From the IMG/VR virus record IMGVR_UViG_3300027985_000557, positions 3,046-67,045 of that record: a stretch of 64,000 bases of DNA, one strand, 5' to 3'. The position numbers and the translations under genes are program-made. Positions 18,515 through 27,397 of this stretch are shown piece by piece; the stretch's first letter is position 1, and each line of letters begins with the position of its first letter. This stretch comes from a virus. Below the pieces are notes generated by a model that was given only the letters and a program-made list of their open reading frames with translations, was not told where the DNA came from and made no database searches.

Positions 18515-18766
18515 ATGGCACCTTCACCGCTTTCCATACTCCAACTCCGCATCCTTGAATACCTTGTCAACGAGGCTCCCGACCGTGTGGCGACAAAGCG
18601 CATGATTGGTACGGCTATCTTCGGTGCCCAGGAGTTCGTGGCAGACAAGGTGTGGCCGGATTGCAAGGCGCTGGAGGAAATGGGGCTTATCTCCCGCATG
18701 AACGTACTTCACAACGCGGTGTACTCTCCCACGGACAAAGGTTACGAATACATCAGGACACGATAA
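18515..18766 (+). CDS. Small winged-helix protein
   Basis: ILEYL...KALEEMGLI...Y..TDKG wHTH pattern; AGGAGG RBS. Confidence 0.6.
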   Translation: MAPSPLSILQLRILEYLVNEAPDRVATKRMIGTAIFGAQEFVADKVWPDCKALEEMGLISRMNVLHNAVYSPTDKGYEYIRTR

Positions 18767-19161
18767 TGCTTTTACAGTATATGAAGAACCACGTGGCTGA
18801 TAGGCTGGATCATATTGAAAAACACCTAACCGAAGCACGTCGGCAACTCGCTGTTGTTTCTTCTGATGAAGCCCTTATAATCCGTATGAAGGCGTGCTTA
18901 TCCCTTGGCACCGAAATTGATGTAATTAAGGGTGATACCGAATCTATCCTAGCCGTTATCGGAGCCAAAGGCGATAACGAAGATGCTATGAAAGACATGA
19001 CTCCGGTCATTGAAGAACTCAACAAAATGCGAGAATTACGGGGGGACACGGTAGACAAATGTCCCGGAGGCGGCGGTTTCGGCAAACATCCTGATCATAT
19101 GAACGCATGCGCCACGTGCCCGGTGTATGACGCATGCGTAGAAGCCTGCGACGGGGATTAA
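18766..19161 (+). CDS. Hypothetical protein with C-terminal Cys4 module
   Basis: TAATG coupling; ends CPGGGGFGKHPDHMNACATCPVYDAC. Confidence 0.65.
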   Translation: MLLQYMKNHVADRLDHIEKHLTEARRQLAVVSSDEALIIRMKACLSLGTEIDVIKGDTESILAVIGAKGDNEDAMKDMTPVIEELNKMRELRGDTVDKCPGGGGFGKHPDHMNACATCPVYDACVEACDGD

Positions 19162-19162
19162 T

Positions 19163-20059
19163 ATGATCACAAACAGGAAATTCGTTGTGGTGCTCGACTG
19201 TAACGGCATCATGCACATGCTGAAGCATGGCATCAAACGCGACATGTCCCACGGGGGATATGAAACGAGCATCATATACGGGTTCCTGGGACAGATCCGG
19301 TACTATGCGGCTCGTTTCAACACGAGCCGCTTTGTGTTCGCCTGGGACTCGCGTAAATCTCTGCGAAAAGAACGATACCCGTGGTACAAAGAGAAGGGCA
19401 AGGAAGAGACGCCCACCGACCAAGAGATTGAGTTTGAAGCATCTGTCTACCGGCAGTTCAACCAGATTCGCCGCTACGTGGTGCCGACCATCGGGTTCAA
19501 AAATACCTTCCACGTCGCCGGGTACGAGGCTGACGACCTTATCGCCAACATACTCATTCAAAACCCGGACAATCGGTTCATACTGGTGTCTCGGGACGCG
19601 GACATGTACCAACTCTTGCGGTACTGTCTGATCTGTAATCCGGCAACCAAAGAGCTTTACAGCACGGCCGAACTGCAAAACGAATATGGTGTCACACCCG
19701 AGCAGTGGGTGGACATCAAGAAACTCGGCGGCTGCACGTCTGACAAGGTGCCCGGGATACCCGGCGTCGGCGAGGGTGTAGCGGGCCAGTGGATCCGAGG
19801 CGAGCTAAAGCCGAAAGGAAAACGCTATCAAGCTATAGCGGCCGACCTTGCCAACGAAAACAGCGTGGCGGCTCAAAATGATTGGTTGGTGCGCTTACCT
19901 CTACCGGGGACACCGGATATTCGCATTTCCTTTGATGACGAAGTACTCAGCCTGTACGGCTTCGAGGACGTGTGCTCGCGCTATGGCTTCGCATCGCTTC
20001 TGGAAAAGACCACCTTTGAAGTATGGAAAGCGCAACTGAATTTGCGGGAGGAGGACTAG
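19163..20059 (+). CDS. 5'-3' exonuclease (FEN/T4 RNase H-like)
   Basis: VLD.N, FAWD, YK, YEADDLIA, SRDADMYQL, G..SDKVPGIPGVG. Confidence 0.92.
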   Translation: MITNRKFVVVLDCNGIMHMLKHGIKRDMSHGGYETSIIYGFLGQIRYYAARFNTSRFVFAWDSRKSLRKERYPWYKEKGKEETPTDQEIEFEASVYRQFNQIRRYVVPTIGFKNTFHVAGYEADDLIANILIQNPDNRFILVSRDADMYQLLRYCLICNPATKELYSTAELQNEYGVTPEQWVDIKKLGGCTSDKVPGIPGVGEGVAGQWIRGELKPKGKRYQAIAADLANENSVAAQNDWLVRLPLPGTPDIRISFDDEVLSLYGFEDVCSRYGFASLLEKTTFEVWKAQLNLREED

Positions 20060-20062
20060 CTC

Positions 20063-20863
20063 ATGCGCGCCATTGGGTTGGACATGTCGATCACCTGTGC
20101 TGGGGTGGCCATCGTCCATTTGACCTCTGCTGGTCTACACTATCAAACCGTGAAGCGTGTCACGTCCGCACCGGGCAAGGGCTCGGACGCCTTGCGCTAC
20201 CACCACATCTGTGAAGAGATTAGCGACATCATCTGCCTGCGGCCCACGGACCTCGTATTCATTGAAGAGTATGCCTACGGGGCCAACGGCCAGATTACCC
20301 GCATTGCCGAACTTGGCGGCACCTTGCGCTACAAAATCCTCGTTGAACAGGAATTTGACTATGCCCGGTGGTTTGAGGTTGGTCCCTCTGCCCTCAAGAA
20401 GTTCATAGTAGGCAAGGGTAACGCGGCCAAGGAACAGGTGATTAAGGAAGTTTACAAGCGGTACGGCTATGATGCGGCGGACAACAATGAAGCCGATGCC
20501 CTGTCTCTTGCCATGCTGGGCGGCACCCTCATGAACATGGACAACGTCGAGCCGGCCAAGTACCAACGGGAAGCCATTGAGGCTGTCCTCAAAAGGAACA
20601 AGGTCACCCATGAGCAATTTCGACGGCTTATTCCGGCGAAGACAACCGAACCAACCACAGCAGGAGCCGCAAAAAGCGCCCCAAGCGGCCCCCGTCGCCG
20701 CCCCAGCACAACCCAGCCCAGCGGCCCCGCAGACGGCCAAGGCGGCTCCGTCTGCACCCCCAGCGCCCCTACTGCGCCGACGCGCCGACGCCTTAGCGCC
20801 GGCCCCGCCCCTGACGTCCCAGGACTCTTCCAGCGAAGAATACCTGTCCAAAGCAAAGAATGA
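20063..20863 (+). CDS. ruvC: RuvC-like Holliday junction resolvase with long low-complexity tail
   Basis: IGLDMS...G, VFIEEY, P..LKKF..GKGNA.K, NEADA. Confidence 0.85.
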   Translation: MRAIGLDMSITCAGVAIVHLTSAGLHYQTVKRVTSAPGKGSDALRYHHICEEISDIICLRPTDLVFIEEYAYGANGQITRIAELGGTLRYKILVEQEFDYARWFEVGPSALKKFIVGKGNAAKEQVIKEVYKRYGYDAADNNEADALSLAMLGGTLMNMDNVEPAKYQREAIEAVLKRNKVTHEQFRRLIPAKTTEPTTAGAAKSAPSGPRRRPSTTQPSGPADGQGGSVCTPSAPTAPTRRRLSAGPAPDVPGLFQRRIPVQSKE

Positions 20864-21209
20864 ACTCGTCTATGAAGACTACAAACGGCAGCATCCTGAA
20901 TCCTGGGAAAAGTTCCAAAAGAAGCACTTTGCGGCAGGGGCCACCACGCCCGTAAACAGGGGGTGGATCTACTACAAAGACGCCATGCCCCCACGCGAGT
21001 GGATGATAGTTCTTTACACGGATGAATCAGGACATAAGCCAGGAGAAGTGTCTGTTTCCCTCGGCCTCGCCTGCACCCTGTACGACCACATCATGGCAGA
21101 TTTGAAAATGTTCGGGAAAGATGGTCTTCGGTTCAAATACTGGCAACCCGTTCCGGTCCCGCCCGGCATGGAAGGGCGGACTGAGTATATAGGGGAAGCA
21201 GACGTGTAA
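20610..21209 (+). CDS. Hypothetical protein with Pro/Ala/Gln-rich N-terminus, overlapping ruvC by 254 nt
   Basis: ATG 20610 (MSNFDGLFRRR); globular C-terminus WI...MPP...YWQPVP.PP resembling DUF551. Confidence 0.6.
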   Translation: MSNFDGLFRRRQPNQPQQEPQKAPQAAPVAAPAQPSPAAPQTAKAAPSAPPAPLLRRRADALAPAPPLTSQDSSSEEYLSKAKNELVYEDYKRQHPESWEKFQKKHFAAGATTPVNRGWIYYKDAMPPREWMIVLYTDESGHKPGEVSVSLGLACTLYDHIMADLKMFGKDGLRFKYWQPVPVPPGMEGRTEYIGEADV

Positions 21210-21219
21210 CCTGTAACCG

Positions 21220-21483
21220 ATGGAGGATTCACAAATGTCCGAGCAAAACAAGATGACCAAGATGACCCTGACCTGCCGCAAGTGCATCCAGGAACAGCAG
21301 TACGAACCCCTGGAGTTCACGGCGTCCGTGGAAGTGACCTTTACCGAGGCCGACACCCGGGAAACCATTCAGCAGAACATTGGCGCGGCCCGGCGTACCC
21401 TGATCAATGAGATCAACGCCAGCTTTGACGCTTACTTTGCGAAGCAGGACAAACTCCGGGAGGAAGCCGTATGTCGGGGGTAG
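21220..21483 (+). CDS. Hypothetical protein
   Basis: In-operon ORF; start may be 21235 (GGAGG RBS). Confidence 0.6.
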   Translation: MEDSQMSEQNKMTKMTLTCRKCIQEQQYEPLEFTASVEVTFTEADTRETIQQNIGAARRTLINEINASFDAYFAKQDKLREEAVCRG

Positions 21484-21815
21484 GCAAGGCCATCGTCATC
21501 ATGAACATGCAGCATATTCTCTTTGCCGAGCAGCAGGCATTACTCAATGCCAACTTCTCCGGTTATGAGATCATGCTCGTACCCATGGACGGCTGGACAA
21601 AACAGGAGATGGACGAACGTGCGGACACGCTGCTATGTACCGAACACGACATCGTGTTCTTGTCCCCGGTTCCTTACCTGCTGATGAGCATCAGCAAACG
21701 CGTGGAGCAGGAGAAGTCAACACGCCGTGTTTACCTGTTCCACCGCGATGTCCGATACAAAGCCGTGGACCCCAATTCCAAAAGAGGGTGTGTTCCCTGG
21801 ATGCTCGTACATTAA
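21471..21815 (+). CDS. Hypothetical protein
   Basis: GGAGG RBS, in-operon. Confidence 0.6.
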   Translation: MSGVGKAIVIMNMQHILFAEQQALLNANFSGYEIMLVPMDGWTKQEMDERADTLLCTEHDIVFLSPVPYLLMSISKRVEQEKSTRRVYLFHRDVRYKAVDPNSKRGCVPWMLVH

Positions 21816-21828
21816 CCGGAGGACAGCC

Positions 21829-22158
21829 GTGAAACGCGAACTGCATGTATTCACCATTCCGTTGCCTCCGTTGAAAGACGGGGAAACGAATATATTCTCT
21901 TCGTTCGCACACATTCTTCACAAGGGCGCGAAGATCCTTGACGCGCTCATGCTGAATGACAAGGCGGTAGTGGCGTGCGTGGTGGACGTGACTCAGCCAT
22001 ATGTCGAGGAGCACAGATTTTTTACGATTGCCCTTGGAAACGAGATAAATCTGTGCGTTGATGACGTCTACTGCGGTATAATACGGGTTGGCCGTCTATG
22101 GCATGGGGTGTTTCATCAGCCTGCCAAGACGAAGACCATCTCTATCCCGGAGGGCTAA
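21829..22158 (+). CDS. Hypothetical protein
   Basis: GGAGG RBS before GTG 21829. Confidence 0.55.
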   Translation: MKRELHVFTIPLPPLKDGETNIFSSFAHILHKGAKILDALMLNDKAVVACVVDVTQPYVEEHRFFTIALGNEINLCVDDVYCGIIRVGRLWHGVFHQPAKTKTISIPEG

Positions 22159-22412
22159 TGCCCATCATGACCATCAAAGACCTCAAGGATTACCTTGAGG
22201 CATATGAAGGTGGTGACACCGATCCCGTCTATGGCGTGCTTACCGGACAGCCGGGCAAGGCCGACGATGACCTTGCGAACTTCATCTCAACATATTTGCA
22301 GCCAAACCTCTCCAAGATGCAGCTCGGCTTCTTCGCCTGCGCCAACCTGCCGACGACACTTGAAGAGGCCCAAAAACTGCGTGACACAGCCTTCTTCTTT
22401 TCAACCCCGTAA
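22158..22412 (+). CDS. Hypothetical protein
   Basis: TAATG coupling, GGAGG RBS. Confidence 0.55.
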   Translation: MPIMTIKDLKDYLEAYEGGDTDPVYGVLTGQPGKADDDLANFISTYLQPNLSKMQLGFFACANLPTTLEEAQKLRDTAFFFSTP

Positions 22413-22426
22413 CCAAGGAGTTCCAT

Positions 22427-22774
22427 GTGCCCAAGGTCAAAGCCTATCCCATCGACATCACGACAACCGTTCTTGTCGAACGCACCGACGAAAACGGCAA
22501 TTGGGTTAACCCCCTTGTGATGACCGTCATGCCCAACAACGATGGTGGCATGACGCGTATGTTCTCCCTCCTGTTCTCTGAAGCCAAAGACCCCTGGTGC
22601 GTCCCGGCTTTGCTTCCCCATGTAATCATGGGCGAATACGAAATTACCGACGAACTGGCGCAGCAGTATCGCGAAATGGTCAAGAAGATCAAGCACAAAA
22701 TCCAGATGGAAACGTCCGGCATCGTCGCCCCGTCCCAGGCGGCCTTGCGGGCCATTCAGAAGGGGAATGCCTAA
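22427..22774 (+). CDS. Hypothetical protein
   Basis: AAGGAG RBS, in-operon. Confidence 0.6.
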   Translation: MPKVKAYPIDITTTVLVERTDENGNWVNPLVMTVMPNNDGGMTRMFSLLFSEAKDPWCVPALLPHVIMGEYEITDELAQQYREMVKKIKHKIQMETSGIVAPSQAALRAIQKGNA

Positions 22775-23577
22775 TGCCTGCCGCCGGACTTTCGGTCGAA
22801 CTCTTGGCTTATACGCCGAACGCGCTGGCCCTGGTCAATGCGGCCATGCGCCAGTGCTACTCGGACGGCTACGCCATCGACATCTTCGATAAGGCTGCCG
22901 ATGCCCTTTCCGGGGCCGACAGCTTTGAAGAATACAAGCGGCTGAGCGACTTCATCGAAGATGTTATCGCTTCGGGTCACGAGTCGCCAGTCGAACATGT
23001 CAACTTTACCTTCGCGGTGTCCGGTATCAGCCGCGCCCTGTCCCACCAACTCGTGCGCCATCGCATCGCCAGCTACAGCCAGCAGAGCCAACGGTATGTG
23101 GATGCCAACGGTTTTGCCTACATTATTCCGCCGGCTATCGAAGCCATTCCAAAGGCCAAGGCCGCGTTTATCACTATGATGGACGAGGCGGCGGAAACAT
23201 ACCAAGAGCTCCAGGGGATGCTTATCGAAGCTGGGCACAAGGCCACGGCCAACGAGGACGCTCGGTTCGTACTGCCCAACGCGTGCGAAACCCGCGTGGT
23301 ATTCACCATGAACATTCGCGCCCTGTGGAACTTCTTCGGTCTGCGGTGCTGCTCCCGAGCACAGTGGGAAATCCGGGCCATGGCTGTCAAGATGCTGGGC
23401 CTGTGCCGTGCCATGGAACCCGCTCTGTTCAAATTGGCAGGAGCCAAGTGCCTCCGTACCGGCTACTGCAACGAAGGCCCCAAGCGCACGTGCGGTAAGC
23501 GCCCGTTGTTACCCGTGCCGATTACGCCACTTTACACCGACGAAGAACTTACCGAACTTAGCAAGGACTGGCCCTAG
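22774..23577 (+). CDS. thyX: Flavin-dependent thymidylate synthase
   Basis: GHESPVEH, RHRIASYSQQSQRY, EDARFVLP, AQWEIR. Confidence 0.96.
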   Translation: MPAAGLSVELLAYTPNALALVNAAMRQCYSDGYAIDIFDKAADALSGADSFEEYKRLSDFIEDVIASGHESPVEHVNFTFAVSGISRALSHQLVRHRIASYSQQSQRYVDANGFAYIIPPAIEAIPKAKAAFITMMDEAAETYQELQGMLIEAGHKATANEDARFVLPNACETRVVFTMNIRALWNFFGLRCCSRAQWEIRAMAVKMLGLCRAMEPALFKLAGAKCLRTGYCNEGPKRTCGKRPLLPVPITPLYTDEELTELSKDWP

Positions 23578-23585
23578 GAGGCGCT

Positions 23586-24185
23586 ATGTTTCGTATCGAG
23601 GAATACAGGGGACTCCAGCTTGTGTGGCTGGTGTCCGAGTGCATCAACGACAAGGACGAGCTGCTGTACATCTACGACCCGGGCACTAAGGACTTCTTGG
23701 TACCCAAGAAGGGGCGCGTGCCACTGCATGCGCTGTTCGCAACTCTGCTGGGCAACGGCACCGAAAACAAGGAGTACAAGGGCGCTTGCGCCGTACAGGA
23801 CTTCTTTTTTCTGCACGAAGAGTTCATGCAGTGCCTTGAACCCAAGCACAAGCGGAACGACATCTGCATGAACCCGTACTACACGGGCGCGACCCGGGCC
23901 TATCGCACGGTACGAATCCTTGAAATCGTGAATGTGAAGCAGTACACGGCTTGCGGCAACGACGGCCAGAAGTACACCAACCTGAGCATCAGCTACCGCG
24001 TCGAAGATACCAAGACCGGCGACCAGTACATCAAGAACGAGGAAGAACTCCTCTCCCTCGACGAGATCGACGAGGAAAAGGCCAGTGACGCCATTTTCCG
24101 CAAGATCAAGAAGTTCGTGACCGACCTGGGCAAGGAGTCGGCCGGCGCTACCCTTGTATTCAAGGGCAAGGCCTACAAGTTCTAA
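23586..24185 (+). CDS. Hypothetical protein
   Basis: GGAGG RBS, 199 aa, biased codons. Confidence 0.65.
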   Translation: MFRIEEYRGLQLVWLVSECINDKDELLYIYDPGTKDFLVPKKGRVPLHALFATLLGNGTENKEYKGACAVQDFFFLHEEFMQCLEPKHKRNDICMNPYYTGATRAYRTVRILEIVNVKQYTACGNDGQKYTNLSISYRVEDTKTGDQYIKNEEELLSLDEIDEEKASDAIFRKIKKFVTDLGKESAGATLVFKGKAYKF

Positions 24186-24193
24186 CCGCAACC

Positions 24194-24219
24194 GGGGGAG
24201 GGCCTCGAGGCCCTCCCCC
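24194..24219 (+). terminator. GC-rich hairpin, terminator or processing site
   Basis: GGGGAGGGCC / GGCCCTCCCC inverted repeat, weak U-tract. Confidence 0.4.
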
Positions 24220-24230
24220 TTGGGGGAATT

Positions 24231-24527
24231 ATGCACCTGGGCGAACTTGAATGGAAGACCAACGGCAAAAAGGCGCACAAGCTCCACGGCGTGTTTCCCT
24301 ACCAGCCCGTGGTTCAGGAAAAGAAATTCGGCCATGGTAACGCCGCGCAAACCCTCATCGTCGTGCTTATGAATGGGCACCCCATCAAGGGTGGATTTGA
24401 CACCATCAACGAAGCCAAAGTTTACGCCGAGGATTGGGTCTTCTCGACGTGCAAGCAGCTCGCACAAACCCTGGCCTTCCGGCAGCACGAACGCATCAAT
24501 GCGGAGGCGGCTCGTGTCGGCGTTTGA
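24231..24527 (+). CDS. Hypothetical protein
   Basis: In-operon; KGGFDTINEAK resembles a segment of the next gene. Confidence 0.6.
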   Translation: MHLGELEWKTNGKKAHKLHGVFPYQPVVQEKKFGHGNAAQTLIVVLMNGHPIKGGFDTINEAKVYAEDWVFSTCKQLAQTLAFRQHERINAEAARVGV

Positions 24528-24822
24528 TGAAAAAACAGAAGTGAAGTGGGTAACCTCATGGGGTGGAACTACTTACGTGCTCAGTGGCCTCCACCCCTTT
24601 GGGGCCTCTGTGTGGAGCGGGCGTAACGAGCAAAATACGTATGATTGGCGTATCTCGATCTGCGGTGTTAAGATGAAAAAAGGGTACGACACCCTAGAAG
24701 AAGCGAAGACCCGCGCCGCGAAGATACTGCGCAAGGTCATGTTTCGCGGCATCGAGCACCTTGACGCGTACCTTGAGCAAAAGGAATCTGCTGAAGGAGC
24801 CGACCGTGATAAAGGAAATTGA
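24514..24822 (+). CDS. Hypothetical protein
   Basis: GGAGG RBS before GTG 24514; KKGYDTLEEAK. Confidence 0.55.
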   Translation: MSAFDEKTEVKWVTSWGGTTYVLSGLHPFGASVWSGRNEQNTYDWRISICGVKMKKGYDTLEEAKTRAAKILRKVMFRGIEHLDAYLEQKESAEGADRDKGN

Positions 24823-25888
24823 GCTTATCAACTTTCAGGGGCACGAGCACAGCACTCTCAAACTCTCCCCAGGGCTCAATGTCATCACGGGTCCGTCCGA
24901 TAACGGCAAGTCTTCTATTATCCGTGCCCTCAAGTGGGTGCTCCAGAACCGTCCCCAAGGGGACAGCATTTGCCGGCACGACACCAACGAAACCAGGGTA
25001 ATCGTACGAACCAGCGACCACGTTGTGGAGCGTTTCCGCAAGGGCCGGGAAAACGCTTATGTCGTGGACGGCGAGATATTCAGGGCGATGCGCGGCGGAG
25101 TACCCGAAGAGGTGGGAAAGGCTTTGGGCATGTCAGAATCTAGTCTGCAAAGTCAGCATGAAACCCACTTCTTAATCAACCGACCCCCCGGCGAAGCAGC
25201 CAAGTATCTGAACGAACTGGCTGACCTGTCTGAGATCGATGCTGCCATCAAAAAGGCGAACAGTCTCGTCGGCAAGGCCCAGAACGATAAGCGGCATGCG
25301 GAAGTCGAACTTCAGAAACTAGACGATAAAATCGCGGAAAGCGCGAACCTGGATGCCATCGGCGTGCTGGTCGCCCGCATCGAAAGGGCGGCCGGGGCGC
25401 AAGCCACCTTGCGCGCCAAGTCGGACACACTGCTCAAAATCCTGGTTGCGTTCGACGAAACCGTTGCCCAAGAAGCCAAAGCCAACAAGGTTCTTGAAGC
25501 TGAGGCCGACATCATGGATTTGCGGTGGCGTATCACACAGCACTGCGAACTTGAGCAACGGTTCACTATTGGACTTCAGCACTACGATGCCCTCCTTGAT
25601 GCGCAGGAGGCCGTGGATAGGCTGAAGGTAGTGGAAGGTGCGGATGACCTTGCTGATCTTAAACAAGAGGTCACGGACTTTATCAACCAGCGTGAGGTCT
25701 GCACCGATTTGATGCAGATTCTCACGAACATTCAACGGCTGCAGGAGTCGGAGCAAAGAGTACGGGGCACCGTCGATAGCATGCAAGGGGAACTTGCGAC
25801 CCTGTGGGCTGATCTTAAAGTTTGCCCGACGTGTGGGGCTACAATGGGCCAACAAACCGCGCCTGTCCAGCGTAGGAGGCCCGCGTGA
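24806..25888 (+). CDS. sbcC: SbcC/Rad50-like ATPase, N-terminal half ending at the zinc hook
   Basis: IELINFQGH, GLNVITGPSDNGKSS, coiled coil, CPTCG at the C-terminus. Confidence 0.85.
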   Translation: MIKEIELINFQGHEHSTLKLSPGLNVITGPSDNGKSSIIRALKWVLQNRPQGDSICRHDTNETRVIVRTSDHVVERFRKGRENAYVVDGEIFRAMRGGVPEEVGKALGMSESSLQSQHETHFLINRPPGEAAKYLNELADLSEIDAAIKKANSLVGKAQNDKRHAEVELQKLDDKIAESANLDAIGVLVARIERAAGAQATLRAKSDTLLKILVAFDETVAQEAKANKVLEAEADIMDLRWRITQHCELEQRFTIGLQHYDALLDAQEAVDRLKVVEGADDLADLKQEVTDFINQREVCTDLMQILTNIQRLQESEQRVRGTVDSMQGELATLWADLKVCPTCGATMGQQTAPVQRRRPA

Positions 25889-26820
25889 AACTGTACTGCT
25901 CCGCTGATTTGCACCTCAGGGCCGTGGCCCCTGTGAACCGCATCGACGACTACGTGGCCGAACAGCAACGGAAAGTCGAGTTTATAATCAACCATGCCTA
26001 CGAAAATCCCCTGGCTCCGGCTATCATCTGGGGCGGGGACATCTACGACCACCACGATGTTCCGTATTGGGTTACGGAACGATACATCAACGTGTTTAAG
26101 TCCCGGAAGACGTACCTCTATGATCCCCAGCACCTCGTGGTCTTCGGGCAGCATGACCAGCGGTTCCACACATCTGACAAGGTGAACACGCCGCTCGGGA
26201 CAACCCTAGCCGGCGTCGAGGTCATGAAGTTGTTATGGGCGGAGCCCGTCGTTTTCGAGAACGCCGGGGAGAAGCCTGTCCACATCTACGGCATGTCCTG
26301 GGGCCAGAATATTCCCGGCGTCATCACGACCGACAACGTGGTGAACATTCTGGTCGCCCACATGATGACCACGGAAAACGGTCCCTTGTGGCCGGGGCAC
26401 GAAGGGTTCACCAAGGCGTCCGATTTCCTCAAGGATCATCCGGAGTTTAACTACGTCGTGACCGGCGACAATCATCAGCAGTTCGTTACCCGATACCGAG
26501 GTCGTCAGTTGATTAACCCCGGCCCGGTCATGCGGACGGAAATCGACAAGGTGGATTTCGAGCCGGCATTTTTCATTCTGGACACCGTGTCTGGAGAAGT
26601 CGAGCGTGTGCCATTTCTCGTAACCCCGGGCAGCGAAGTGTTCTCTGTCGCGAAGGTCCAGGAGTCCAAGGAGCGAGACGAACGCCTTGAAACCTTCATT
26701 ATGTCCCTGAAGGGAAACCAGGAGGAGACACTCAGCTTTCGTAAGAATCTCACCGTGTTCATGGAGAAGAACAAACTTGATGAACCTGTAGTGGAAGCTA
26801 TTCAGGAGATCATGCGGTGA
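25885..26820 (+). CDS. sbcD: SbcD/Mre11-like metallophosphoesterase nuclease
   Basis: ADLHL, GGDIYD, GQHD, VAH, GDNH, NPG. Confidence 0.9.
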   Translation: MKLYCSADLHLRAVAPVNRIDDYVAEQQRKVEFIINHAYENPLAPAIIWGGDIYDHHDVPYWVTERYINVFKSRKTYLYDPQHLVVFGQHDQRFHTSDKVNTPLGTTLAGVEVMKLLWAEPVVFENAGEKPVHIYGMSWGQNIPGVITTDNVVNILVAHMMTTENGPLWPGHEGFTKASDFLKDHPEFNYVVTGDNHQQFVTRYRGRQLINPGPVMRTEIDKVDFEPAFFILDTVSGEVERVPFLVTPGSEVFSVAKVQESKERDERLETFIMSLKGNQEETLSFRKNLTVFMEKNKLDEPVVEAIQEIMR

Positions 26821-27143
26821 AAGAAGAGAAGCCGTTCAACGAGATTGGCTTTGCTATCATGGTGGCGTGCATTCTGGGTGCTCCTATGCTCATAGGGGCT
26901 TTGAAGAACCAAGAAAACGACTTCAGAACGAGGCAATTACGCTTTCCGGTTACACCAATGGCCCAGCGGTCATGCACGGCAGCAAACGCCCAGGACGGCA
27001 TCTCTCCGGCTCCAGAAAAGCTGTTCCAGGTCCAGGCCCCCGGCCAGTGCCCCCTGGACGCCCAGCAAGACGACAAGAACATGACCAAGGAACTCATAAA
27101 TGGGTTCTACAGCCCCGTAGCCCCCGGCGGGATAGGAGAATAA
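26817..27143 (+). CDS. Hypothetical membrane-anchored protein
   Basis: GTGA coupling; N-terminal hydrophobic segment. Confidence 0.5.
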   Translation: MKEEKPFNEIGFAIMVACILGAPMLIGALKNQENDFRTRQLRFPVTPMAQRSCTAANAQDGISPAPEKLFQVQAPGQCPLDAQQDDKNMTKELINGFYSPVAPGGIGE

Positions 27144-27144
27144 C

Positions 27145-27396
27145 GTGGAAGCGCAAGTAATGCTGGCAAAGATCAGTGGGCTGGAAAGCCAGATCGAAAA
27201 GGCCAAGCACGACAAGGCCCGGCTGAGCGGACGGGTCGAGGAACTCGTCAAACGCCTTGAAGTCGAGTTTGGCGTCAAGACCGTGGAAGAGGCCGAGGCC
27301 CTGCTCACCAAAATGCAGGAGGACATCAAGGACGGGGCCGCCCGCCTGGACAACATGTTCACCCGCATGAAAGAAAAGCACGGCTGGGAGGTGTAG
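27145..27396 (+). CDS. Small coiled-coil protein, possibly the middle piece of split SbcC
   Basis: Heptad pattern, FGVKTVEEAE hinge. Confidence 0.6.
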   Translation: MEAQVMLAKISGLESQIEKAKHDKARLSGRVEELVKRLEVEFGVKTVEEAEALLTKMQEDIKDGAARLDNMFTRMKEKHGWEV

Positions 27397-27397
27397 C

